64,000 bases of DNA from Bdellovibrionales bacterium (GCA_965261545.1 CBDHDF010000004.1:131105-195104); one strand, 5' to 3'; counted from the first letter of the stretch, positions 51,193 to 60,592 are shown. The notes: generated by a model not told the origin, from the sequence alone. Numbers and translations: made by a program.

Positions 51193-51815
51193 TGGCTCAA
51201 CACCTACCCTCCTTTCACCGATTGGTTGGTGAGTTAAGTAAACTTCCTGGGGTGGGGCCAAAATCGGCCATGCGCATGGCTTATTATCTTTTGAAGGCCC
51301 CAGTGTATTTTTCCGAGGATTTGGCTTCGGCATTGAGTTATGCCAGAGAAAACATTCGTCTTTGTAGGCTTTGCTTTGCTTATACCGAGGAGAGGGAAGT
51401 TTGCAGGTTTTGTAGTGATCCCATGAGGCTTGCCACTTCAATTTGTGTGGTGGAGGAGCCCGCCGATATTGAATCCATTGAGAGCTCTTCAGCTTTTAAA
51501 GGGCGCTATCATGTACTTCACGGTACAATTTCTCCCTTGGAGGGTGTGGGTCCCAAAGACCTTAAAATCCAGGCTCTTATAGATCGCCTGCGCACTCTCA
51601 AAGAAGCTCAGGAGCCTGTTGAAGAGGTGATTCTGGCGCTGGATGCGAACATCGAGGGCGACACGACGGTTCTTTATTTATTGAGAATTCTTAAGGATAA
51701 GCAAATACAAATAAAGGTGACAAGAATTGCTCACGGGGTTCCCATAGGGGGAGATATAGACTATATTGACCCTAGGACGTTGGGCAGAGCCCTAGAGAAC
51801 AGAGTGTCATTATAA
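51192..51815 (+). CDS. recR: Recombination mediator RecR
   Basis: LPGVGPKSA, C4 zinc finger, YHVLHG and EGDTT motifs. Confidence 0.95.
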   Translation: MAQHLPSFHRLVGELSKLPGVGPKSAMRMAYYLLKAPVYFSEDLASALSYARENIRLCRLCFAYTEEREVCRFCSDPMRLATSICVVEEPADIESIESSSAFKGRYHVLHGTISPLEGVGPKDLKIQALIDRLRTLKEAQEPVEEVILALDANIEGDTTVLYLLRILKDKQIQIKVTRIAHGVPIGGDIDYIDPRTLGRALENRVSL

Positions 51816-51872
51816 AGACTATAACGAGAGGTGGGAGAGTTGATCTTTCAATTCAGCTTTTTCAGATAGAGT

Positions 51873-52463
51873 ATGTCATTTATAAACTATAATGCCAAAG
51901 AAATTCACTGTAAGATTGTTTACTATGGACCCTCTCTCAGTGGCAAGACAACGAACTTGCAATGGGTTTATCACAAGACGAATGCTCAAGAGAAGTCCGA
52001 TCTCATTGAGCTGCCCACAGATATTGAGCGAACTTTGTTCTTTGATTTTCTTCCTATTGAGGTTGGCAAGATACGGGGTTTCGATACAAGGTTTCACCTC
52101 TACACTGTTCCTGGGCAGGTGGTGTATGATGCCAGTCGTAAGCTCATTCTCAAGGGCTTAGATGGCATTGTCTTTGTCGCAGATTCCCAGGAAGAACGCA
52201 TGGAAGAAAACATACAGTCTCTTAAGGACTTAAAAAATAATCTTGATCTTCAGGGCTATCAGATCAAAGAGCTTCCTCTTGTTATTCAATACAATAAAAG
52301 AGACCTTTCCAATGCCCTTTCTTTGGCGAAGCTAAGAAGTTCTCTCAACTTTTACAATTCCCCTGATTTTGAAGCTACGGCTAAAGATGGAAAGGGTGTC
52401 TTTGAGTCGCTAAAAACTGTTTCAAAGTCGATTATTACTGTTCTGAAGGGTGGTCATATCTAA
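51873..52463 (+). CDS. mglA: Small Ras-like GTPase MglA
   Basis: MSFINY...KIVYYGPSLSGKTTNL, RTLFFDFLP, TVPGQ and NKRD motifs. Confidence 0.93.
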   Translation: MSFINYNAKEIHCKIVYYGPSLSGKTTNLQWVYHKTNAQEKSDLIELPTDIERTLFFDFLPIEVGKIRGFDTRFHLYTVPGQVVYDASRKLILKGLDGIVFVADSQEERMEENIQSLKDLKNNLDLQGYQIKELPLVIQYNKRDLSNALSLAKLRSSLNFYNSPDFEATAKDGKGVFESLKTVSKSIITVLKGGHI

Positions 52464-52604
52464 CCAGTTTAGCTTATCTAGCCTACCTAGTTTGTTAGTC
52501 TGCTTAGTTTGTTTAGCGTGCGGGCATATCTCAATATTTAATGTTTGGTTTTGAGTTGATTTAGCTTCATTTAGGGTTGATTTTGACTTAAGTGAAGAGG
52601 GTTC

Positions 52605-53552
52605 ATGGAGAAAGATATGATTCAAGAGCGTATTCGAGAACTCAAAGAAAAAAATAAAGCTCTCATTTTAGCTCACTACTACGAAGAGGGTGATATCCAA
52701 GATATCGCCGACCATGTGGGCGACAGCCTTAAATTGGCCCAGGTCGGTCAGCGTAGCGAAGCTCCGATCATTCTCCTTGCCGGTGTGGTGTTTATGGCAG
52801 AAAGTGTAAAAATTCTCTCTCCTAAGAAAACAATTCTTGTGCCTGATTTAAATGCAGGTTGTTCCCTTGTTCATCACTCCCCTATTGAGAAGTACAAAGC
52901 TTGGCGTGAGCAATATCCAAATGGCATTGCTGTCACTTATATTAATTCCAGTGCCGCCGTAAAATCGATTTCAGATGTTATATGTACTTCCTCTAATGCT
53001 GAAAAGATTATTTCTTCTATCAAAAGAGATTGCCAAATTTTATTTGGTCCCGATAGAAACCTAGGGAGATATTTGGCTAAAAAACTCAAGCGTGATATGA
53101 TTCTTTGGCCTGGGGCTTGTGAAGTGCATGTGCTCTTTTCTGCCAGAAGACTTTTTGAGTTGAGAAGTAAACACCCCGAAGCTATTGTGATTGCACACCC
53201 CGAGTGTTCGGAGGAGGTGCTTGAGTGTGCAGAGGTTGTGGGTTCTACGTCACGTCTTCTTCAAGAAGTGACCCATAATCCTGCAAAGACATTTATTGTG
53301 GCCACTGAGGTGGGAATTTTTCATCAAATGCAGAAGTTGAGGCCCGATGCCAAATTGATACAAGCCCCTGCGGAGGGAAGTTGTGCTTGCAATGAATGTC
53401 CTTATATGAAGCTGAATACATTGGAGAAAATAAAACACTCTCTTGAAACACTCACTCCCCAGATTCATCTTGACAAAGACCTAAGAGATCGAGCAGCTAT
53501 TTCTTTGCAAAGAATGATGGACATTACAGATGGTAAAGCTATCTCATGGTGA
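52605..53552 (+). CDS. nadA: Quinolinate synthase
   Basis: ILAHYY, GDSL, FMAES, GCSL, YINSSA, AHPEC and CPYMK motifs. Confidence 0.95.
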   Translation: MEKDMIQERIRELKEKNKALILAHYYEEGDIQDIADHVGDSLKLAQVGQRSEAPIILLAGVVFMAESVKILSPKKTILVPDLNAGCSLVHHSPIEKYKAWREQYPNGIAVTYINSSAAVKSISDVICTSSNAEKIISSIKRDCQILFGPDRNLGRYLAKKLKRDMILWPGACEVHVLFSARRLFELRSKHPEAIVIAHPECSEEVLECAEVVGSTSRLLQEVTHNPAKTFIVATEVGIFHQMQKLRPDAKLIQAPAEGSCACNECPYMKLNTLEKIKHSLETLTPQIHLDKDLRDRAAISLQRMMDITDGKAISW

Positions 53553-53804
53553 TTTCTGTCTTGGGAATCGATGTCTTGGAGGCCAGTCTTAGGCATTATT
53601 TTCTTGGGAATCAAGGCCCTTTTCCTTTCCTTTTCTAAGTTGACTTGACGACGGCTTGCCTTTGCCTCATGGATAATATGGTTTTCTACAAAGTGTTTGA
53701 ATGTAGTACTTTCTAAGAAATACCTTAACTTTAGTAGGGGTTTGCCGATGAGAAAATTATAGAGAAATTTTAACGAATGTATTGTTGCATTGTGTGGAGG
53801 CAAT

Positions 53805-54188
53805 ATGGGAGCCGAGAAGAGACGAAGTGTTAGAAGGTCTGTTGATTATGTGAGTGTATGCGATCTGACTTCTTTGAACAATTATACGCTTATAGCTAGC
53901 CAGGGCTATATTGTGGATGCATCCACAAAGGGTTTTTTACTTATTCTTTCCCGAGGGGATCTCGCCCAAGCGGATCTGAGGAGAAACTTAAGCCTTGAAT
54001 CGATCATTGGACAAGAGGTGGTGTTATACCTTCCCCAAATGAACTTGGATTTGGACGGAACTGTAACAAGAGCTGTCCATGTGGGTCGCGGAACGTTTGA
54101 AGTTGCCATTGATTTCTCATCCGATATGCCAGAGTACTGGAAGGAGTGTCTTATTGATCTTCTCCCAGAGCCTGGGGAGATGGAGTGA
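53805..54188 (+). CDS. PilZ domain protein
   Basis: EKRRSVR (RxxxR) and DASTKG (DxSxxG) motifs. Confidence 0.75.
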   Translation: MGAEKRRSVRRSVDYVSVCDLTSLNNYTLIASQGYIVDASTKGFLLILSRGDLAQADLRRNLSLESIIGQEVVLYLPQMNLDLDGTVTRAVHVGRGTFEVAIDFSSDMPEYWKECLIDLLPEPGEME

Positions 54189-54886
54189 GAAAAGCTAAAG
54201 GTTTTTAGTTCATGACTCATAGGCAGAAAAAAAGACGCATCCTTTTTTTGGACCCCTTGACTTGAACTGAGAATAAAAGGTCAATACGCCGCTCATTGCC
54301 CTCTTCATCTGTAAAGACAGTTATTTCTGGTTTGAGAGTTTTCCAGTTAAAGAGCTTAAACTCCTGTGTCGTCAAGACAAGACGGAAAATATCCAGGCAA
54401 TGTGTGCCACGAAGTCACGGAGGTGACATGCTGATGTGAAGATGGAGGTAGGTCCTCCGCACTCGGATTTCAGGATTTGAGTGCAAACAACCTTGCTGCT
54501 GCATGGGAGGCAAGGCCCTTGTAGTGAGCGAGCAAGGAAAAGGCCGTAGTAAACGGTCATGTAAGTACTAGGGAGATGAGCGAAAGCAAACCCACCGACG
54601 ACGCATCGAAAGATTAACAGTCGCGTCAAAACCGAAGGAAGGTTGTCTCCGTCGGGATAAGTCTAGAGGAAGCCTGATGACCGATCTAGACGGCGTGCGG
54701 TGTATAGGGGGCATGAACCTAGTACAGGCTTCGTATCGGAACGTGGGAACCTGCTGGTGGATGATAAGGGAAACGCTATAAGGGAGACCCCCGAAGTGCT
54801 AAATACCGATGCCACCAACCAGGGGCAGAGTGATTCGTAGTAGTGATGAAGTTCTTGTAATGAGAATGGAGCGAAGGGGTCACATG

Positions 54887-55016
54887 ATTTATGGAAGTAG
54901 TCAGGCCAACTTGGTTATGCTGAGGAGGAGCCTAATGAAACGGAAAATCATAGGAGCCGTGTGAGGGGAGACTTTCAAGCACGGTTCTGTGAGGGGCAGT
55001 GGGGGAAGTTCCCACT
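54887..55016 (+). repeat. 130-bp target-site duplication of IS1634 copy 2 (left copy)
   Basis: Repeated at 57578-57707 with one mismatch (A54929 vs G57620). Confidence 0.93.
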
Positions 55017-55087
55017 CCCGAGTTTGACAGCAGCATCTGCGTCAAACGAATGATATTAAAGGATTAACGCATATAGTTGTATTTTGT

Positions 55088-56749
55088 TTATCCACACTTG
55101 TGGGCATTAAGGATTCTGGGAGGGATGGGGACGCCTGCGGCTTTAAATAAGGAGTTGGCATTGCCAGTGATATCTGTGCGGGTCCAAATGACTTGATCAC
55201 GAATTTTAACAGGGATAGCCCTAACTTCCTTGAGTTCCCTCATGGCCTCTACAACAGTTAAAGGTCGCTCTTTAACATGACCAATGCCTATGGCTGGGCT
55301 TTTTAGGTTCATCTTCTTATCTCTTAAACATTTTGTAAGGTGGGCCTCACAAAGATAAGTTAAAAAGCATAGAGTTAAATGTCCAATAATCCTCTGGTCT
55401 GTCCAATGGAAAACAGGACGTGTTTTCAAAGTCCCTTTTAACTCACCAAAAGCATCTTCAATTTTCCACAATTCTTTGTAGTTGATAATAATCTCATCTG
55501 CCGTCAAGTCTTTGACATTTGTAAGGACGGCAAAAAAACCATCAATTTTTTCATCTAATTCTATTTGTTCTGCATTTAATTCAGGTTTTTTATTTTTGTC
55601 GTCAGCCATCTTTACATATTTCTTATAACCTTTATTGGAAACAAAAGTACTAGACTGAACACCTTTAGAAGATAGTTTTCCTTCGATCTTTTCAAGAAGG
55701 GATTCTCTAGATTTTTTATCTCTCTCTGCTCTTTTCCTAGACCAAGTCACAATACATCTATGCCCCCCATGGTCTGTTTCGTAAACAGCAAGCTCATTCT
55801 CATATACCCAGCTAAAACGATTTAAATCATAGACCTCTTGTTTCTTTTCTTTTTTTAAAGATCCAAGCTTCATACCAACAATAAACTCGCTTTGATCCTC
55901 ACTGAGTTTGTCAGTATTAGCCTTTGATAAAAGCCCCCTATCAGCCACAAAAATGAAACGGCGTACATTAAACTTTTTTCTCATTTTATCAACAATATCT
56001 GAAAGCGTCTTGCCTTCAAAAGTATTACCAGGGAAAACCTCAAAACCTAAAGGGATGCCATCCCGATTCACCAACAAACCAAAGACAACTTGGGTGCAGT
56101 CTGATCGTCTCTCTTTACTATAGCCAAATTGACGAAGTTTCCCTAAGTCTGTTCTTGTACTCTCGAAGCGTAAGGTTGTTAAATCATACAACACAATGTC
56201 TACTTGGAAATTAAATAAATCTCGCCCCACCCAATAAAGCGAGTTCTCTATTTCATCCTTATGGGAGGCAAGTAAGTCCATAGACCGATAAATATGCTGG
56301 AGACTCAAATCACCCTTAATCATGTCTGGGTAAAAAGATTTTTGCCAATACTCAAAAACCTTTAACTTGGAACTAGGAGCAATAAATCGGCTGGCAACTA
56401 AGGTAAAAATCACCTTACATAAATCAAATTGAACTTTCTCATGAGAATCTTTTATGTCTTTGAGGGTCTTATTGATACCCAGTTGATCAAACAACTTTTG
56501 TAAAATCAGCAAGGGACCCAAAATGAAAGTCTCTTCGATGTAAAGCTCCTTAGCCAATTGACTCACAGTGAGAAGCTCTCGGTGGCGAGATACGGCCTGC
56601 GCCAAACTATTAATCTTATCCTCTCCTCCTTCTCCAGCCTTACCTAAGGACATGAGCATGCGTTTTTTGGATTTGCCTTTTTCTCTGTAGGACTCCACAA
56701 GGTGGTAGTAGCACTGACCTTTTGAGTTTTTAGTCGTTTGGATGTACAT
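55088..56749 (-). CDS. IS1634-family DDE transposase
   Basis: Protein identical to copy 1. Confidence 0.93.
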   Translation of the reverse strand: MYIQTTKNSKGQCYYHLVESYREKGKSKKRMLMSLGKAGEGGEDKINSLAQAVSRHRELLTVSQLAKELYIEETFILGPLLILQKLFDQLGINKTLKDIKDSHEKVQFDLCKVIFTLVASRFIAPSSKLKVFEYWQKSFYPDMIKGDLSLQHIYRSMDLLASHKDEIENSLYWVGRDLFNFQVDIVLYDLTTLRFESTRTDLGKLRQFGYSKERRSDCTQVVFGLLVNRDGIPLGFEVFPGNTFEGKTLSDIVDKMRKKFNVRRFIFVADRGLLSKANTDKLSEDQSEFIVGMKLGSLKKEKKQEVYDLNRFSWVYENELAVYETDHGGHRCIVTWSRKRAERDKKSRESLLEKIEGKLSSKGVQSSTFVSNKGYKKYVKMADDKNKKPELNAEQIELDEKIDGFFAVLTNVKDLTADEIIINYKELWKIEDAFGELKGTLKTRPVFHWTDQRIIGHLTLCFLTYLCEAHLTKCLRDKKMNLKSPAIGIGHVKERPLTVVEAMRELKEVRAIPVKIRDQVIWTRTDITGNANSLFKAAGVPIPPRILNAHKCG

Positions 56750-56918
56750 GAGGATATTTTCTACATATTTCTATGATATATCAATATTTAAAACGATAAA
56801 ATCCTATTTTGTTTTCTACACTTTTTTTGCGTCAATTTTAATTTTTCCAGCAGCTACCATTATATTTCAGTACAACCCCAATTTCTGGAAATTTCGCATT
56901 TTAACGCAGATGCTGCTG

Positions 56919-57566
56919 GTGTGCCCAGCACAATATAGGAGGTAACGACTATAGAAAGCTGACATGATGATGGTGGTAGGTCCACCGTTCTCGATTTACA
57001 GGAATTGGGAACAAACAACCCTAAGCTGCGCAGGGGGCAAGACCTGGGTGGTGAGCGTTAGGGAAAAGGCCAGAATAACTGGTCATGTGTAGTCTGTGAA
57101 GATGAGCGAAAGCGAACCATCGATGAGGCGTCGAAAATGCGTTAGTTGCTGTCAAAACCAAGGTCCCGGTAGTACCTTGGGATAAACTCGGAAGGTACCT
57201 GATTACTGGCCGAGTGGCAGCCGGCGTAAAAGGTGGCATGAGCACAGACTTGGCGTCGTGTTGGAACTGGGGAACCTACTGGTGGATGTTAAGGGAACGG
57301 CTATAAGGTGGAAACCGAAGGGCAAATACCGATGACACCAGATAGGGGCAGAGAGACTCGTAGTAGTGAAGAAGGTTCTGTAACGGAGCTGGAGCGAAGG
57401 GGTCTCCTAATATGTGAGGAAACACTAACCAGTCGGACACTCTGTGGTCCATTTAAATGGTTTACAATAGTGGAACCTCGCAAATATTAGAGGAGCCGTA
57501 TGACGGGAGACTGTCACGTACGTGTCTGTGAGGGGCAGTGGGGGAAGCTCCCACTGTCTACTCGAT
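56919..57566 (+). mobile_element. ORF-less group II intron B (RmInt1/class D-like, 648 nt) inserted in the IS1634 terminal inverted repeat
   Basis: 5' GTGTG; DV 57493-57526; 3' end CTACTCGAT. Removing it restores the IR exactly, with no duplication. EBS1 and EBS2 are complementary to the IR. Confidence 0.92.
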
Positions 57567-57577
57567 TCAAACTCGGG

Positions 57578-57707
57578 ATTTATGGAAGTAGTCAGGCCAA
57601 CTTGGTTATGCTGAGGAGGGGCCTAATGAAACGGAAAATCATAGGAGCCGTGTGAGGGGAGACTTTCAAGCACGGTTCTGTGAGGGGCAGTGGGGGAAGT
57701 TCCCACT
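57578..57707 (+). repeat. 130-bp target-site duplication of IS1634 copy 2 (right copy)
   Basis: Matches 54887-55016. Confidence 0.93.
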
Positions 57708-58316
57708 GCCTACTCGATATCTCTCATTCAGGAAAGTTTCATTGAATAGTGTTAGCTGACAATTAAAATGCCCCACCGTCGCCAATGAAAAGTGGCCACT
57801 TTTCAGAGGAGGACCTATGGTGATTTTTGGCATTGTCAACCGAGACGCATATAATCAATTGATATTACTCATAAAAAGGCTCCGAGCTGATAAGAACTCC
57901 TTTTGGGTTCTTGTCGACCTGGAAAGGGGCTCCGTGTTGGAGAGTCCTTCCATGACAGCCTATTCAGGTTCCATATTTCTCCTTTGTAGACTGTTTCTGG
58001 ATTTCAATGAGGTTAAATATATAGTCAAGAAAAGCCTGTTTAGGCTGTGCCCATTTTCTAAAGTATTTAAATTCCACAAGATTCCAACATTTGCCTCAAT
58101 TTTCATGGAATTTCTTTCTGAAGACAGGCTTCCCTTAAAGCCGTCGCCAATTAAAATGTCCCACTTTCAATATGGAGGTTGTCGCCAATGAAAAGTGACC
58201 AATCTTCAGGGAGTGTTCAAATACTAGACAATGAAGTCTCTTCTTCTGATATAGATACTAAGCTCACAGAGTCCCTCCCTTTTGCAACTCAAAAGGTTAG
58301 CAATGAGGAGGATCTT

Positions 58317-59783
58317 ATGATTAGTCAATACACTTTCGGCCGCATTCGTGACCTGAGTCACAGTGGTAAAAATAAGACAGAAATATCTCGTGAATTAGGG
58401 ATCAATCGTAAGACGGTGCGCAAGTACTGTGAGTCCAACACCCCACCGAAGTACAAGGCGAGGTCCAAAAGAACTCGCCCAGATCCCCTTAATGGATATA
58501 TGGATCGGGTGAAGTACTTTTTGAAGTTGAACCCAAGTAACACCGCCCGTGAAATATATGAGCTATTAGTTGAGGAGGGTTATCGTGGGAGTGAGAGAAC
58601 GGTTCAGAGAAGAGTTTGTGAGATTCTTGGTTCTCGCCCCAAGGAGCGTTTTTTCAGCCAAAGATATGATCCTGGAGAACAGGCTCAGTTTGATTTTAAG
58701 GAGAAGGTTGCTTTACCATTTGCCGATGGTGTTCAGATCGTTCATCTCCATTTTGGAACATTGCCTTGTAGTGGCACCTGTTGGGTTCGTGCCTACCCCT
58801 TTCTTGTCTATGAGTGTTTCATCGATGGGGTGCATGCTTTTTTTGAAAAGATAGGTGGGATGAGTGCGAACATCCGTATTGATAATTTATCTCCCTGTGT
58901 GAAGAAAGTTCTTAAAGGAAATCAGCGAATTTACACCCAATCTTTTGATCGAGCCATCCAATACTATGGATTTAAGGTTCTTCCCTGCCGCGCAGGGAAG
59001 GGCTCTGACAAGGGAGATGTGGAGCGTGATATTCGAACCTTCAGTTCTCGGATAAAAAATATTGTTAGAAACAAAGGAATTGTTTTTAAAGACTGGGATC
59101 ATTTGAATCAGTTTTTAGAGTCTTATATGGATCAGCATCAGAGTGACTCCACCAAATCTCGCTTTGAGGAGGAGGCCAAAGTTCTTAAGCCTTTGCCTCC
59201 ACGAGATGAAGATATTCTCTGTAAGGTGAATATTTGTCAAAGTAATGGTTATGGGACTTTGAGAATAGGTAAAACCACATATTCCATACCTGATGAGGTG
59301 ATCCAATCTCCCTGTAAAACCGTACAGGGTCCCTATCATGTCACGATCTATCGTGCAGGAGGGAAGCAAGAAATTGTCGCTCGCCATCAAAGAAAACCTG
59401 ATGGGGAGCATAGTCTTCTTCTTGAACATATCCTTCCCTCTTTAGTTCGTAAGCCGCAAGCCATGGTAAGATGGGCTCACCGATCCATTCTTTTTCCAAC
59501 AAATGTGTTTGAAAATTTTTATCAATACCTCAAGCAACAAGATTCAAGCCGTGCCGAGCATGAATATTTAAGAGTTATCAACTTGATTCAGCATGTGAGT
59601 TGGCAGGACTTATCTACAGCCATGGAGCTTCAATTAGAAAGTCGTGAGATTTTCGACTTTAAATCCATAAAAGATTTGCTCTTAGGCAATCCCACCAAAA
59701 TTAATTTGAATGACCAACAAAAACCACTTCAACCTAGATTGTCTCAATATGACAGTCTTGTTCCAAACATAGGAGGTTCTTAA
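58317..59783 (+). CDS. istA: IS21 transposase IstA
   Basis: HTH (EISRELGINRKTVRKY), PGEQAQFDF, DN and KGDVER motifs; GAGGAGG RBS before ATG 58317. Confidence 0.92.
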   Translation: MISQYTFGRIRDLSHSGKNKTEISRELGINRKTVRKYCESNTPPKYKARSKRTRPDPLNGYMDRVKYFLKLNPSNTAREIYELLVEEGYRGSERTVQRRVCEILGSRPKERFFSQRYDPGEQAQFDFKEKVALPFADGVQIVHLHFGTLPCSGTCWVRAYPFLVYECFIDGVHAFFEKIGGMSANIRIDNLSPCVKKVLKGNQRIYTQSFDRAIQYYGFKVLPCRAGKGSDKGDVERDIRTFSSRIKNIVRNKGIVFKDWDHLNQFLESYMDQHQSDSTKSRFEEEAKVLKPLPPRDEDILCKVNICQSNGYGTLRIGKTTYSIPDEVIQSPCKTVQGPYHVTIYRAGGKQEIVARHQRKPDGEHSLLLEHILPSLVRKPQAMVRWAHRSILFPTNVFENFYQYLKQQDSSRAEHEYLRVINLIQHVSWQDLSTAMELQLESREIFDFKSIKDLLLGNPTKINLNDQQKPLQPRLSQYDSLVPNIGGS

Positions 59784-60565
59784 TGAATCACGAAGAACTT
59801 ATAGGTTCTCTTAAAAAACTCCGACTTCCAGCGATGGCGGATGAATATGTTGCAACGGCTAGAGTTGCCGAAAAAACAAAAAAGACGTATGAACAGTATT
59901 TAGGTATACTCGTTCAAAATGAGCTTGCTGACAAGCATTCCCAGAGAGTGAAAAGATTGCTTAAGGGGGCCAAGCTTCCTCAACTTAAATCACTCCAAAC
60001 TTATAACTTCCAGAAAAGAACGGGAGTGACAGCTCAGCAAATTAATTGGATGGCAGAGGGAGAGTGGGTCAGAAAAGCCTGTAATGTTGTGTTTTACGGA
60101 AGCTTTGGAATGGGGAAAAGTCATTTGGCCATGTCCCTAGTTCGTTCACTCTGTGAACAAGGCTATCGATGTTTATGGGTCACCACTCATGAACTTATTG
60201 AAACAATGCGTGAAAGCAAGAAAGAACTCTCATTGAATGCTCTTTTTAAGAAATTAGACCGTTTTGATCTTATTGCTTGTGATGAACTTGGCTATACAGC
60301 TTCCTGCACAGAGGGTGCTGATCTTTTCTTTCAATTCATATCTCAGCGATATGAAAGGAAAAGTCTCATGATCACTACAAACTTAACTTACTCTGAATGG
60401 GATAAGGTGTTTCTTAACCCTATTACCACCGCTGCTGCTGTTGATCGAATTATTCACAACTGTGAAACCCTCAACATTGAAGGAAAAGAAAGTTGGAGAA
60501 CCGAATCGGCAAAAGCCAAGTCTAAACAGAGCAAAGAGGAAAGTTCAACCAAAGAAGTTCATTAG
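59783..60565 (+). CDS. istB: IS21 AAA+ helper ATPase IstB
   Basis: LRLP, GSFGMGKSHLA, DELGY, RYERKS and ITTNL motifs. Confidence 0.94.
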   Translation: MNHEELIGSLKKLRLPAMADEYVATARVAEKTKKTYEQYLGILVQNELADKHSQRVKRLLKGAKLPQLKSLQTYNFQKRTGVTAQQINWMAEGEWVRKACNVVFYGSFGMGKSHLAMSLVRSLCEQGYRCLWVTTHELIETMRESKKELSLNALFKKLDRFDLIACDELGYTASCTEGADLFFQFISQRYERKSLMITTNLTYSEWDKVFLNPITTAAAVDRIIHNCETLNIEGKESWRTESAKAKSKQSKEESSTKEVH

Positions 60566-60592
60566 AGATCCCCACTTTTGGGGAAGGAACTC

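Larger units (their letters stand above)
55017..57577 (-). mobile_element. IS1634-family element, copy 2 (1913 bp plus 648-bp intron B inside one IR)
   Basis: Intact IR at 55017. The other IR is split as ...GATGCTGCTG|intron B|TCAAACTCGGG. Confidence 0.93.
54402..57718 (+). mobile_element. ORF-less group II intron A (RmInt1/class D-like; 626 nt without inserts), interrupted by IS1634 copy 2
   Basis: 5' GTGTG; DV GAGCCGTGTGAGGGGAGACTTTCAAGCACGGTTC; DVI ending CTACTCGAT. EBS1 GTTGTCT (54642-54648) pairs with the 5' exon end AGGCAAT. DIV is short with no ORF. Confidence 0.9.

Noticed and set aside
57146..57160. TTGCTGTCAAAACC in intron B resembling the IS1634 IR
   Set aside because: Intron A has the equivalent GCGTCAAAACC at the same structural position, so it is a conserved intron segment and the similarity is probably chance.
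54372..57490. Short ORFs 54372-54629, 57021-57245, 57301-57483 and 57308-57490
   Set aside because: They overlap structured group II intron RNA and show no RT or maturase motifs.
57817..58191. 124-aa ORF in the IS21 left arm
   Set aside because: It has no recognisable motif and runs into the internal end repeats. An RBS-like GAGGAGG precedes it, so it is unsupported rather than excluded.
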